Shown: positions 27,472 to 38,062 of the stretch, in pieces
How the letters are laid out: every line of letters begins with the position of its first letter
How positions within the stretch are numbered: position 1 is the first letter of the stretch
IMG/VR virus record: IMGVR_UViG_3300042445_000915
Span: 1 to 49,667 of that record
Reading direction: 5' to 3' (one strand)
Source of the DNA: a virus
Taxonomy: Duplodnaviria > Caudoviricetes
Length of the DNA: 49,667 bases
Translations under genes and position numbers: made by a program
Notes under the pieces: generated by a model
Seen by the model: only the letters and a program-made list of their open reading frames with translations
What the model was told of the DNA's origin: nothing
The model's database searches: none

Positions 27472-27500
27472 TGAAAAACCCCCAATTAAGGGGGCTTTCA
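27472..27500 (-). terminator. Intrinsic terminator
   Basis: Minus strand GAAAGCCCCC-TTAATT-GGGGGTTTTTC hairpin with T-tract, just after the stop of 27519-28733. Confidence 0.8.
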
Positions 27501-27518
27501 TATTATATTAATTTTTAA

Positions 27519-28733
27519 TTAGAATGATAATTTCACTTTAATCAAAACTTCCTTATCAAATGATTTAACAATTGGTTGAGAAGTTTTAGCTACTGCAATC
27601 AATTCATTTGCATCATTCAATAAACCTACAGTTGTAATAAATGTTTGTGGGTCAGTTTCAAATGTTGGTTCAGTAAAGAATCCGTTTGCATCAATGTAAG
27701 TAGGATTATTTGAATAGTTAAATTGTCTATTTGTTGCTCTTACAAAGAAATGCTGAGTAGAAATGTTTTCAGTTCTACGAGCTTCAAAATCTTTACCATT
27801 TTTAATTGCGTAATACAATCTCTTATGGTTTTCCATATCAGCTGCTGTTGAATCAGATGGTATTAAAGAACCTACCGTTTGATATGCTTCATTCCAAACA
27901 TTACCAACAGTTGTTCCAACTGCTTTAGCATTAAGGATAATAATACCTCTATCAGGATAGAATTCACCATATCCCTCACCAGTACCTGAGTCTGTAGTTG
28001 CTGTTATAGTTGCTTCAGCTTGAGTTCCTAAATTTAATGAACCTCTAACTACTTTAAATACATTACCGCTTAATCCGTAAGAATCACCGAACTTCTTACC
28101 ACTATTATCAATAAATGTAAATAAACCATTAGAACCAGAAAGTGATAATGACCAGTTACCAGCATCCATCTTTTCTCTATATCTTGCTCTAGCCACATTA
28201 ATAATATAAATACCATTTGCATCAGTTGCTACGGTAGATGCGTTATCAAATTGGAATTTGGTATCGGTTGGGTCTAACAACATTGATTTATACTGAGCGT
28301 ATGTTGCTTTTGTAGGTAACAATGCGTTATCATCAGTTGCTAAATTAACAGAGCCACTACCATCAACATGTCCATACGCAATTGCAAATTGAACTTCTTC
28401 AGTTTCACTTGTCAAAGGATTTTGGTCAAACACATTGTAGTAGTATTTACCACTTTGTGCAGTTGTTTGGGATGATGCAGTAAAGAATACGTTTAATGAA
28501 CCAGAGTCATTAGCCCATAATCCAGTTGTTACGATTTCTACTTTAGCGTTTACCTTATCAAATTCACCAAATCTTTTATAAATACCAGTTATAGTTTCAC
28601 CTACAGTTGATATTTGTTGCCCAGCAGGTAATGCTGAGTTTAAAAGGGTTACGATTTGATTGGTATCAATTGTACCAGTATTAGCTAAAGCTGCTATTTG
28701 GCTGGTTATCGATGGTGTGTTTATTAATGCCAT
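27519..28733 (-). CDS. Tail/baseplate structural protein
   Basis: 404 aa; YGEFYPDRGIIILN, FNYSNNPTY, FITTVGLLNDANELIAVAKTSQPIVK. Confidence 0.65.
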   Translation of the reverse strand: MALINTPSITSQIAALANTGTIDTNQIVTLLNSALPAGQQISTVGETITGIYKRFGEFDKVNAKVEIVTTGLWANDSGSLNVFFTASSQTTAQSGKYYYNVFDQNPLTSETEEVQFAIAYGHVDGSGSVNLATDDNALLPTKATYAQYKSMLLDPTDTKFQFDNASTVATDANGIYIINVARARYREKMDAGNWSLSLSGSNGLFTFIDNSGKKFGDSYGLSGNVFKVVRGSLNLGTQAEATITATTDSGTGEGYGEFYPDRGIIILNAKAVGTTVGNVWNEAYQTVGSLIPSDSTAADMENHKRLYYAIKNGKDFEARRTENISTQHFFVRATNRQFNYSNNPTYIDANGFFTEPTFETDPQTFITTVGLLNDANELIAVAKTSQPIVKSFDKEVLIKVKLSF

Positions 28734-28752
28734 TTTATATTTCTATTTTACT

Positions 28753-29379
28753 TTATGCGTTTGCTTTATAAGTTACGATTACAGGAATAGTTTGAGAACC
28801 TCCAGTTTCGTTTCCGTAAACAGTGATTGTAGTTGATACATCCACAGTTAAGTTTGGATTTGGAGTAAATCTAAATTCTAAACCAGTAACTACTTGTGCC
28901 GTTGTTGTTACTTCTTCACCTAAGAATAATGTAGTTCCAGTTCCAGCTGCTCCTCTACTTACAGTTATTGTACCAGCTCTTTGGTCTGCTAACAACATTG
29001 TGTATCCAGCATTTGTATTTCCAGAAGGTGAAGTTGTTGGTAATAATCCCACAGCTCCTTCACTTTGGTTTACACTAATTGAAGGTACACCTAATCTTAT
29101 AGTTGGGATTTGAGTTGTTCCTTTTGGAAGGGTAACTAACTTATATCTCAATACTTGAGTTTCATCAGGAGATGCTTCCGTAATAGGAATTGCTCTAATT
29201 GCTGAATCATAATAAGCCGAACCCTTTGGGTGTGCAGGCTCATATAATGTGTAATCAATCTCGTCATCACCTAAAGCGAACTTTGTAATGTTCAATGATT
29301 GACCGGATGCTAACTTTTGTCTACCTTTTTTGGTAAGAATCGCATCTACTGTAATTTCGGTGTTATCTAAATATGCCAT
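28753..29379 (-). CDS. Structural protein with tail-collar-fibre-like (DUF3751-like) N-terminus
   Basis: 208 aa; AILTKKGRQKLASGQSLNITKFALGDDE. Confidence 0.6.
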   Translation of the reverse strand: MAYLDNTEITVDAILTKKGRQKLASGQSLNITKFALGDDEIDYTLYEPAHPKGSAYYDSAIRAIPITEASPDETQVLRYKLVTLPKGTTQIPTIRLGVPSISVNQSEGAVGLLPTTSPSGNTNAGYTMLLADQRAGTITVSRGAAGTGTTLFLGEEVTTTAQVVTGLEFRFTPNPNLTVDVSTTITVYGNETGGSQTIPVIVTYKANA

Positions 29380-29408
29380 TTGATATTGTTTTTTAATCTA
29401 TTTCTTAA

Positions 29409-29417
29409 AATAAATAT
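29409..29417 (-). promoter_or_regulatory. Putative late promoter motif variant ATATTTATT
   Basis: 29 nt upstream of ATG at 29379. Confidence 0.5.
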
Positions 29418-29439
29418 AACTATTTAATATTTTCAATTA

Positions 29440-32400
29440 TTAATCCACTTCCAATATTGGTTCTCCACTACCTCTACCAGTCTTAGCCACTCTAAGAATA
29501 TTAGGATTAGTAGTAAATGTTTCAACAGCGCCCAGTCCATCAGGTGTTGTTAATGGTGTTTGTTGAGACCCCATAAAATAAGAACGTTTTAAACCTTCGG
29601 ATAAATTACTTACAAATTTATAGTGAGTTGGTAAATATCCATTCAACGCCTGTACTTCCACTACTCCGTTTCCTAAAGAAACACTTCCACTCCAAGCCAT
29701 ACTACTAACTTTGTACTTATATTTTGTAGTAGGTACTTTAACATATCTAACTCTTTCACCAGGAAATATTAATGAGCGAGTTGTTGGATATCCGGCTATT
29801 TGCGTATTAATTTTTTGTGTATATTGTTCTTTTACAATAAATACACTCTCTCTACTTCCAGTGTGGTTTCCAAATACATCATCATAATAATAAGTTTTAG
29901 AAACACCCTGCTTTGCGTACAATCCATATCCTCTATTAGCCAATGAATTTTTATCCATTCCAATTTCCGTAAATGTAAACGAATCAGCCTCTCCAGATAA
30001 ACTACTACCAGTAGGTACTTGAATTGCTACAGAATACATAGGTGCACTTGCTTCTAATGTTTGATTAGCTGCTATTATGCTTGTTTCGTAATTAGGATTA
30101 GATGTTTCAAATGTAGTTTCTTCTAAATCAATAATACCATTATTATTACTAAAAATAGTATCAAGTGTAGCTACATTTTGAATATCCAAATGTGCATCTT
30201 TTGGTATAGATTCGGAATCAACATATATATCATCTTGCGTATTGATTGATGTTGCGAAATCATTTCTTAAAGATTCTGGTTTATTCCAACGAGTCTTACT
30301 TCTTTCTAAATAATGCGGTTCAATTAATAATCCTTTTGATATATTTGTTCTAGCAGGTGCTAATTCTGCTAATACTTCAAATAAAGATTTATCAATATAT
30401 TTAACTAATCTAATATATTCGTAGATATCTCTGTTATCCAATCTTTCAAAATAATATCCTCTTAAAATATCTAATTGTCTATATGAATCTTTATATTCAT
30501 CGGATGGGTCACCAATATAGTTATCAATATTAAAATCACCAAATGCTTTTAAGATATCCATATTCAACTCCTTAATTGGAGAGAAGAATAATCCTAAACG
30601 ATTTGAATCAACAGGAGCTCTATCGAATGATTTTTTAGTTGCTCTTTGTTTATATGACAAATCCGTTGTTAATGTTTGTGTTTCAAAACGAATCTTATTA
30701 GAAACGTTAAATCCTAAAGATGGAACATTTGCAGTTACAGTTCTATCATATGGAGTGTATTGATATGGATACGCCGAAGCTGAATACATATTACTTGCCG
30801 ATGCAAATGGCTCTCCATAGTTATCACTAATAGCTACGTTTTTAATTCCTATATTTTCAGTTATAGTTCTATCTTTTGGATATTCAAAATCCAAACGGAA
30901 CATTAAATCTTTTGTAGATGAATCATAGTCATTACCATTGATTGCATCAGGAAATAAAGTATGATTTTCAAATTTACTTCTTTGTAATGGAACTGTCCAC
31001 AATCTGAATTCATCCACATTACCATCATATCCATTTCCACCAATTTGTAAATAAGAACCAGTTTCCCATTGAGTATCAACAGTAGCAATAGACATACTAA
31101 CGGAAGTTATTATTCTATCGCCATTTGATGTTGCTAACCAAATTTCAAACCAAGATGATGAATCCGGATTATTATGTCTATTGATTGCAACGTTTGAATA
31201 ATATTCTGTTGATATTGGAAAATCTAAACTTCCAACTTTATAATCGGGCCCATATGCATATGGTTCGTAGTTGATATAAGATATGTAATACGAAGATGGT
31301 GTACTAATACTTTCAGAAAAATAAGTACTTGTTGATTCATCACCACCAAAGTTTAGTTCTAATCTACCAAATGAACCAGTTGTTTGAACTAAATCCAAAC
31401 TCCATTCACTTCCAGATACTAAAGAGTATTTTGGAGATGGAATTTCTGAAGGTAATATTCTGAATTCTATTGAGTTTGGATAATCTCCAGTAGAACCAAC
31501 AACATGCCAAGGTACTTTTACATTAGAACTTCCGTTACTATTCAAATCACCATTTAAGTAAATTGCTGCCGTTCTATCATCAAATGTAAACTTACTAACT
31601 CCACCTGCGGTTGGGTCTTGCGGCCCACCAAATTCCATTATAGTCAACATAGATTGTGGAACACCATAACAAGCCATAATAGCTTTCATAGCTCTAGCAG
31701 TACCCTTATGTTTTAATAGGTAAGGTAAGTTATTTAAAATCCTTCTCCAAACCTCATCATTGGCATCTGCCAAAGACATTGAATATTTTTGGAATCCATC
31801 TTTATATTGTCCAAATGCATATTCCCATAAGAATGGAGAATTAAATGCTTTTTTAGGATTCCAACCAAATGATTGTAACAAATTTGAAACTAATTTGTTA
31901 CTGAATCCCCTAACTTGCTTATGTTCTAAATTTTTTGTTTTAGATAAATTTGTTATATAAGCCCACACAATATCAAAGTGTTGGCCTATCATATCTAAGA
32001 ATATTAAAAAATCATTATTATTATAATCTTCTCTGATAAATTCAGGTATATTATTTACTAAATAGTCTGGATTGTATTTATCATACTCTGCTGCCAAATC
32101 AATTAAAGAGCCGTACCAAGCAGTAACAATATTATTGTTAGTTGGTCTTAATATATAAGTACTAAGGCCGGTTATTGGATGTACATATATTTCTTTTGGA
32201 TATGCTAAATCATTAGTAGATTTATATAAGAATGTTTCAAATCCATCCAGGCTTCTAATAAGACCATTAATAGTTTCTAATATTTTTTTAGCCTCATCAG
32301 CTCTAGCTACAGTTGTAAATTGAGCTCTTTCCCATTGAATTTCAAAAATACCATCTTCGGTAATTGTTTGATATCCATCTTGAGTTAATATACCACCCTC

Positions 32401-34647
32401 ACCTTCGGAATATTCAGGATTATATGTTGTTGTTAATCCTTCATATTTTAATTTATAATTTTCTAATAAATTTACTTTATAAAAAAAGTTATTTACTCTT
32501 TCTTCTGCTGAGCCAAAGTGTGAAAAATTATCAAACATATAAGTTGAACCACTCGCATATTCAATATTTAATATCGTAGTATCTATACCACTTCCTTCCA
32601 AATATCTATTTATTAAATCAGTAGATGTTTGAGAACCACTAGCTATTAAATCATCAAATACTTGATATGCAACACCATTACTTTGTTCTAATGTAAAATT
32701 AGGTCCTTTTAGTGGTGGACAATATGATTCATCAAATCCGTTGATTGTTATAGTCTCTACTATTGGATTTGATTGTACTTTAGAAATCCAAACTTGTTGA
32801 TTTGGTTGTATTGATGTTGGTAATGGTTCGTATAATTTTAAAATTAATGAATTATCACTACCAACCCAAGTTGTTACTACTTTATTATCACCATTACCTA
32901 AGTGCAATAAATGTGTAAGATATTTTGAAGATTCATCATCAAAGATTTTATCATCAAATTGAGATATGAACCCATCTGCTATTCTAGATATTGCCGTATC
33001 TCTTGGTATTGTTATGTCACCTTTATCTAATTGTATTGTGATAAATTCTTCCTTACCAATTACAACTTCTTTACCTTGCTCATTATACGGTACTAATTTT
33101 AATACCATACTCACCAAATCCTCACTTTGAGATGTTTGAGTACCATCTAAACTTAATAATTGTAAAAAGTTTAAACTAACTTCACCACTTGCAGTTGCTT
33201 TAATAAAAGTACTACTACCTACTTTATATATTTTTACATAATCAGTATTAACCGATTCATAACTTATAATAAAATCTACATTAGCACCAATATAATCAGG
33301 ACCTTTAATTAAAGACGGGTATTGTATATTTCTAATATCAGGAACACCAACATAAACAGCATCTACAACATTTATTGAAAATTCAATTGGCTCTCCATCA
33401 GTTCCGTTTATACCAAATAATCTAGATGTTCCTGCTGATTTTGGTGTTAATATAACTTTATAATTTCCAATTTTTGTGAATACCTTTGCCGGTATTAATA
33501 TTACAGCTCTATCACTATCACCTAAGTTATTAAAATTATAAATAATACTATTAATTCTTAATTCAATAGATGTTGTATTTGTATTTTTTAATATGCCAAT
33601 TGGAACATCTGCTTTTGAATTTATATTATATTCTCGCTTTTCATTATCAATTAATGATATTATTGGGGTGTTTACATTAACTGTTTCAAATGCTTCCGTA
33701 GATACAGATGCCCCAAATTTAGAACCATCTAATGTTAATTTTGTAGAAATACTTTCGGTATCAGATGTTGCTGATAATGTCTTTGTTTCAAATTCTTCTG
33801 ATTGAATTTGTATAGTTGTTATTCTATACGAATTGATATTAGCTGTTTGTATCGTAACAAAACTACCAGCTGCAGCTACTATATTATTTATTCCTGATTT
33901 TAAACTAATTCTTTCTGTTATACCATTTCCATCACTTATTACAGCTATTGCAGAATCATCACTTCCATCCAAAGATATAGTTGTAGATTGAACTACAATT
34001 GTATCTTCAATAGGCGTTACATTATTAGTTTCTAATGTAAAAGAAATGTTTTTAATGTTTCCACCATTATCATCATATAGTTGCTCAAATTCACCACTAA
34101 AATATCTTATATTAAGTTTATAGTATGGAGTATTGGAATATATTGGTTGAGTTGTATCAATAGAAGGAATACTATTAAACATAGCCAATCCACTAACACC
34201 AAAATTTCCACCCATTCCACCAAATATAGATGATGCAGGGTTAATATTGAAATCTATATTTAAATTATACTCAGGATTTGGTACTAATGTTACTACATAT
34301 CTTTCAGATGATTTGTATCCACTTTTTTCAATAGTGATTACCCTATCACCACCACCCAATATATCTGATAAATTAATGTTTACAGTATTTGGTGTAGTTT
34401 TAAATGTATTTTCACCATTTACTAAAATAGATGCATTTGATATATTTGATGAAACGCTTACTACATATGTATCATTAGATAGAGGTGTTCCTGGCGTATT
34501 GGTAAGTACAACAGAACTTCCACCACCAGTTGATATAGCACCGCCGCCTCCTCCACCTCCATTAAATATTTCTTGTGAAATACTTTCATTAAAGGAATTG
34601 TTAGAACCTAGTCCACTATCAAATAATATTTCGTCTATTGCTTTCAT
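29440..34647 (-). CDS. Large baseplate wedge protein (P2 gpI/T4 gp7-like core) with PEGA-like and LamG-like domains
   Basis: 1735 aa; FLDMIGQHFD...LLQSFGW...RILNNLPYLLKHKGT core; SNISNASILVNG...ITIEKSGY (PEGA-like); LQIGG...GNVDEFRLW (LamG-like). Confidence 0.7.
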   Translation of the reverse strand: MKAIDEILFDSGLGSNNSFNESISQEIFNGGGGGGGAISTGGGSSVVLTNTPGTPLSNDTYVVSVSSNISNASILVNGENTFKTTPNTVNINLSDILGGGDRVITIEKSGYKSSERYVVTLVPNPEYNLNIDFNINPASSIFGGMGGNFGVSGLAMFNSIPSIDTTQPIYSNTPYYKLNIRYFSGEFEQLYDDNGGNIKNISFTLETNNVTPIEDTIVVQSTTISLDGSDDSAIAVISDGNGITERISLKSGINNIVAAAGSFVTIQTANINSYRITTIQIQSEEFETKTLSATSDTESISTKLTLDGSKFGASVSTEAFETVNVNTPIISLIDNEKREYNINSKADVPIGILKNTNTTSIELRINSIIYNFNNLGDSDRAVILIPAKVFTKIGNYKVILTPKSAGTSRLFGINGTDGEPIEFSINVVDAVYVGVPDIRNIQYPSLIKGPDYIGANVDFIISYESVNTDYVKIYKVGSSTFIKATASGEVSLNFLQLLSLDGTQTSQSEDLVSMVLKLVPYNEQGKEVVIGKEEFITIQLDKGDITIPRDTAISRIADGFISQFDDKIFDDESSKYLTHLLHLGNGDNKVVTTWVGSDNSLILKLYEPLPTSIQPNQQVWISKVQSNPIVETITINGFDESYCPPLKGPNFTLEQSNGVAYQVFDDLIASGSQTSTDLINRYLEGSGIDTTILNIEYASGSTYMFDNFSHFGSAEERVNNFFYKVNLLENYKLKYEGLTTTYNPEYSEGEGGILTQDGYQTITEDGIFEIQWERAQFTTVARADEAKKILETINGLIRSLDGFETFLYKSTNDLAYPKEIYVHPITGLSTYILRPTNNNIVTAWYGSLIDLAAEYDKYNPDYLVNNIPEFIREDYNNNDFLIFLDMIGQHFDIVWAYITNLSKTKNLEHKQVRGFSNKLVSNLLQSFGWNPKKAFNSPFLWEYAFGQYKDGFQKYSMSLADANDEVWRRILNNLPYLLKHKGTARAMKAIMACYGVPQSMLTIMEFGGPQDPTAGGVSKFTFDDRTAAIYLNGDLNSNGSSNVKVPWHVVGSTGDYPNSIEFRILPSEIPSPKYSLVSGSEWSLDLVQTTGSFGRLELNFGGDESTSTYFSESISTPSSYYISYINYEPYAYGPDYKVGSLDFPISTEYYSNVAINRHNNPDSSSWFEIWLATSNGDRIITSVSMSIATVDTQWETGSYLQIGGNGYDGNVDEFRLWTVPLQRSKFENHTLFPDAINGNDYDSSTKDLMFRLDFEYPKDRTITENIGIKNVAISDNYGEPFASASNMYSASAYPYQYTPYDRTVTANVPSLGFNVSNKIRFETQTLTTDLSYKQRATKKSFDRAPVDSNRLGLFFSPIKELNMDILKAFGDFNIDNYIGDPSDEYKDSYRQLDILRGYYFERLDNRDIYEYIRLVKYIDKSLFEVLAELAPARTNISKGLLIEPHYLERSKTRWNKPESLRNDFATSINTQDDIYVDSESIPKDAHLDIQNVATLDTIFSNNNGIIDLEETTFETSNPNYETSIIAANQTLEASAPMYSVAIQVPTGSSLSGEADSFTFTEIGMDKNSLANRGYGLYAKQGVSKTYYYDDVFGNHTGSRESVFIVKEQYTQKINTQIAGYPTTRSLIFPGERVRYVKVPTTKYKYKVSSMAWSGSVSLGNGVVEVQALNGYLPTHYKFVSNLSEGLKRSYFMGSQQTPLTTPDGLGAVETFTTNPNILRVAKTGRGSGEPILEVD

Positions 34648-34661
34648 TTATTAATTTTATA

Positions 34662-35876
34662 TTATTGAAATTGGATTCGTTCTCTACCCATACCACCATC
34701 TGTCAAATTCTGTCTATCCAATGTATCGTATTCTCGGTAGATGCTACCACCGCCGCCTCCACCGCCTCCGCCATATGATGGTGGTGTGTATGGTGGTTCT
34801 TCTACTGGTGCAACTATTATTACGTCTGGTTCTGGCAATTCTTTTTTAATTTTTTTCTCCAATTCTAATTCTACATCCGTTTGAATTAATTTCCTAACTA
34901 CTGCTACTTTTAGTATTGGAGATGCAGTATCTACCACAGTTTCTGATTCTAATTTTTGTAATACATTACCAACTTCATCAAATGATGCATCTATTTTTGT
35001 ATCAAATGTAGCTTTATTAGTAATGTCTTGTTTAGGTAAGTTATAATTAACAGATGATACTAAAAGTTTTTTGCATATTTCAATTATCTCTTTTCTAGAT
35101 AATGCTATTTTTTGTGCAGCTCCATTTGGTTTACCATAATTAATATCATTAAAATCAGATATTTTTCCAGTAAATTCATATATTGCCGATTCTAAAAATT
35201 TTGTATGAATTAAAGTTAAAAAGTTTTCAAAGCTTTTTATTTTAAATTCTCCAATCATTTTATTCACCCAAGCTTCACTATATTTTTGTTTCATAAAAGT
35301 ACCAATAACAGTTGGTGTTATTTTTTCTATAAAATTAAATGCCGAATTTATTGTATCATCTCTAAATTCTTGTCCGCTTAAAAATAATCCAAATCGTTCT
35401 TCCAATTCTTTATTTATACCAGTTTTACTTTTTATTGGGAACAATCTTACTTCTGTTCTTGATGGGGATATTTCAGAAATCCATAATTTATCATCATCAT
35501 TTTCACTACCTACTCTTTTATTAAGTAGTGTAATTTGTGTTTTAAATATACCATTGTTATATCCCGCTTCTCGTAATAATCTTTCAACATCAATAAAATA
35601 TTCGTTTGGTAATTTATATTTTTGAAATATAGTACCTTCTGCTATCATAAAATAATCTGATATACTTTGGTTTGTCAATGGAATATATCTAACTAATTTA
35701 CCATCTCTTTGTGGTAATTGATTATCGTTTACATCATAAACAACAAATTCAATAGCATCAGAATTACTTAATCCAAAAAAAGATTGAAAATTACCTTGCT
35801 CAAATATTTTTCTATCATTTGAGTTTATTCGATATCCTTTATTATCTAGTATTTCTTTAAATGTTTTTATTGCCAT
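34662..35876 (-). CDS. Baseplate-region structural protein (hypothetical)
   Basis: 404 aa; LWISEISPSRTEVRL; Pro/Gly-rich tail; located in baseplate operon. Confidence 0.6.
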   Translation of the reverse strand: MAIKTFKEILDNKGYRINSNDRKIFEQGNFQSFFGLSNSDAIEFVVYDVNDNQLPQRDGKLVRYIPLTNQSISDYFMIAEGTIFQKYKLPNEYFIDVERLLREAGYNNGIFKTQITLLNKRVGSENDDDKLWISEISPSRTEVRLFPIKSKTGINKELEERFGLFLSGQEFRDDTINSAFNFIEKITPTVIGTFMKQKYSEAWVNKMIGEFKIKSFENFLTLIHTKFLESAIYEFTGKISDFNDINYGKPNGAAQKIALSRKEIIEICKKLLVSSVNYNLPKQDITNKATFDTKIDASFDEVGNVLQKLESETVVDTASPILKVAVVRKLIQTDVELELEKKIKKELPEPDVIIVAPVEEPPYTPPSYGGGGGGGGGSIYREYDTLDRQNLTDGGMGRERIQFQ

Positions 35877-35889
35877 TATATTATATTAT

Positions 35890-36990
35890 TTATCCGTGAT
35901 GGTATAATCTCATTTTAAATTCTTTGTTTTCCGTCTTACCTTCGGATGTTACTGATACGGTCATAGTATAATCATATACTGTTGCTTTTGAACGAGAAAA
36001 TAAACTACTTCCATGTGAACCTGGTATCGTTCCTAAAAATGTAGATGGTTTACTCATATCAAATTTCTTTGTATCGCCTCCTTTAACTTTTACAGGAAGC
36101 GTGAATCCAAAATCAAAAGGAGATTTTGTCATTTTACCGCCACTAAATTTAACATCAACTTCAATTTCTTTACCACCTGCCAATGCAGATGATGCAATTA
36201 CTTCAAATGAACTTCTAAATGTATTTGGGAATGGCCCTCCACTCTTTGCAAATTTACCAGCACTTGCAGTTGAACCATATCCTCCACCATAATCCATAGC
36301 TATCATTATACCTTCAACAGGAGACTTTGTTGGGTCACCACCACCATCAAATAATATACTTGCCAATTGACCCGTTGAAACCGCTCCAGCTGCTAATGCC
36401 TGTTCTTTTGCAGATACAGCCTCTCTCAATGCACTTAACTCCTGCTCCAATGATTGATTTCTAGCAAATAAAGAAACTCTTTGAATTGCTTCTAATGTTC
36501 CTTTTTGCATTGAATTTTGTAATTCAGTAATTGTACTACTAACTTTAGATGTTAATTGTCCGGCTTGATTTTGAGAAGATGCTACATTTAAATCTTTTAA
36601 ATCCAATTGTACTTTTAAACTTTCAGATACAATTTCAACATCTTGAACTTTTGCTCTTAGTGTAAAAACTTCAGTAGTTAATTCTTCCACCTGTGCGGTT
36701 AAGTCAATTACCGATTGTGTTACCTGATTATATATTGGTCTTGGTATTCTATCATCTACTGGCGGTGGTGCCACAGGTAATAATTCAAATATTACCGTAT
36801 CAATTGATTTTACTAATTCGGATTGATTATATTTTGGTTTTACTAATCTAGCAGATATAACACCATCTGAATTACTTGTTTGCTCAAATGCGTGAATACC
36901 AAAATCATTTTTAGTTTTAATAGCAGACGAACCACTAACTAAAAGTTCACTTATCAATGCTTCATTTTGCAATCCAGTTTTCTGAGCCAT
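35890..36990 (-). CDS. Baseplate-region protein with long coiled coil and beta-rich C-terminus
   Basis: 366 aa; heptad-rich central region. Confidence 0.55.
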   Translation of the reverse strand: MAQKTGLQNEALISELLVSGSSAIKTKNDFGIHAFEQTSNSDGVISARLVKPKYNQSELVKSIDTVIFELLPVAPPPVDDRIPRPIYNQVTQSVIDLTAQVEELTTEVFTLRAKVQDVEIVSESLKVQLDLKDLNVASSQNQAGQLTSKVSSTITELQNSMQKGTLEAIQRVSLFARNQSLEQELSALREAVSAKEQALAAGAVSTGQLASILFDGGGDPTKSPVEGIMIAMDYGGGYGSTASAGKFAKSGGPFPNTFRSSFEVIASSALAGGKEIEVDVKFSGGKMTKSPFDFGFTLPVKVKGGDTKKFDMSKPSTFLGTIPGSHGSSLFSRSKATVYDYTMTVSVTSEGKTENKEFKMRLYHHG

Positions 36991-36991
36991 C

Positions 36992-38062
36992 TTAATTTTT
37001 TACAATACTAAATGTTATATCTTCATCAAAATATTGAACGTTTCCATTCATATCAATTTTAAATTCTATTTTATAAGTTCTACCAGCCTCCCAATTAGAA
37101 AGATTTAAATTTATATAATTACCAGTTTCATCACAACTAATTTTAGAGTAATCAGAAAACGGAATAATAATATCATCCGATGCAACATCTTTAATTTGAT
37201 AATATGATGATGTTGGTAAATAATGAGATGTACTATATGAAAACTGATTTGTGAAAGTTTTAATAGGATATAATTCTCTAGCAAATATTCTTATCTTTGG
37301 ATTAGTTCCAAGCTTAACTTCTGCTTTTAAATTAGTAACTCCTACTTTTATATCTTCCGAAGTTAAAGCAATTAAAGAACCAGTTACATATGATTGGTCA
37401 TCCCAACCTATTCTAATCTTTGGTTGGTATATTGTATTTGTTTCTTTACTAAATACTTTTATAGAGCCATAGTCTTGTGTATCAACTTCTTTAGCAATTG
37501 CATGTCTTAATATAATACCATCATTTGGAATAGAACCACTCATCCAACTTCTTAATAAAGATTTAACATCCATATTAATATCAGCTGTTTCATAATTAAA
37601 TCCTTGCGATGCTTCATATGCAGTCCACCAAGTTCCACCAACTCCATTGTTTACACTAGCCGTTGTACCTGCGTTAAAATTATTTTGAAGCCAATCTAAT
37701 TTAGAATCTCCCTCTCTATAATTCCAAGTTACACCAGTTGTTGATATATTATCAAAACGAGTACCCTTACCCATCTCCCAAGCACCAGAAACCGCATTAG
37801 CATAAATTGTATATTCTAATGGAACTTCTTCACTCTTTGTTTCTTTCAAAACAAGAGTTGCTTCGTTCATTTTTAATGTAGTATTTGATAAAGATGCAGA
37901 TAAGTATCCTACTTCAAATTTTAATAAAGCATGAGCTATATCTTTTATGTTACCATAATATAGTTTGCTTATTTCTAATATCTCATCCAAACCAGTATTT
38001 TGATTTGGTTGTTGGAGATATACCGTTGCATCTTTTGATGCTGTTATAAAATAGTATGCCAT
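36992..38062 (-). CDS. Structural protein with DNRLRE/CBM96-like beta-sandwich
   Basis: 356 aa; ASKDATVY...NTGLDEILE...ALLKF...ATLVL...DVKSLLRSW...NDGIIL...FSKE...PKIRI. Confidence 0.6.
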   Translation of the reverse strand: MAYYFITASKDATVYLQQPNQNTGLDEILEISKLYYGNIKDIAHALLKFEVGYLSASLSNTTLKMNEATLVLKETKSEEVPLEYTIYANAVSGAWEMGKGTRFDNISTTGVTWNYREGDSKLDWLQNNFNAGTTASVNNGVGGTWWTAYEASQGFNYETADINMDVKSLLRSWMSGSIPNDGIILRHAIAKEVDTQDYGSIKVFSKETNTIYQPKIRIGWDDQSYVTGSLIALTSEDIKVGVTNLKAEVKLGTNPKIRIFARELYPIKTFTNQFSYSTSHYLPTSSYYQIKDVASDDIIIPFSDYSKISCDETGNYINLNLSNWEAGRTYKIEFKIDMNGNVQYFDEDITFSIVKN

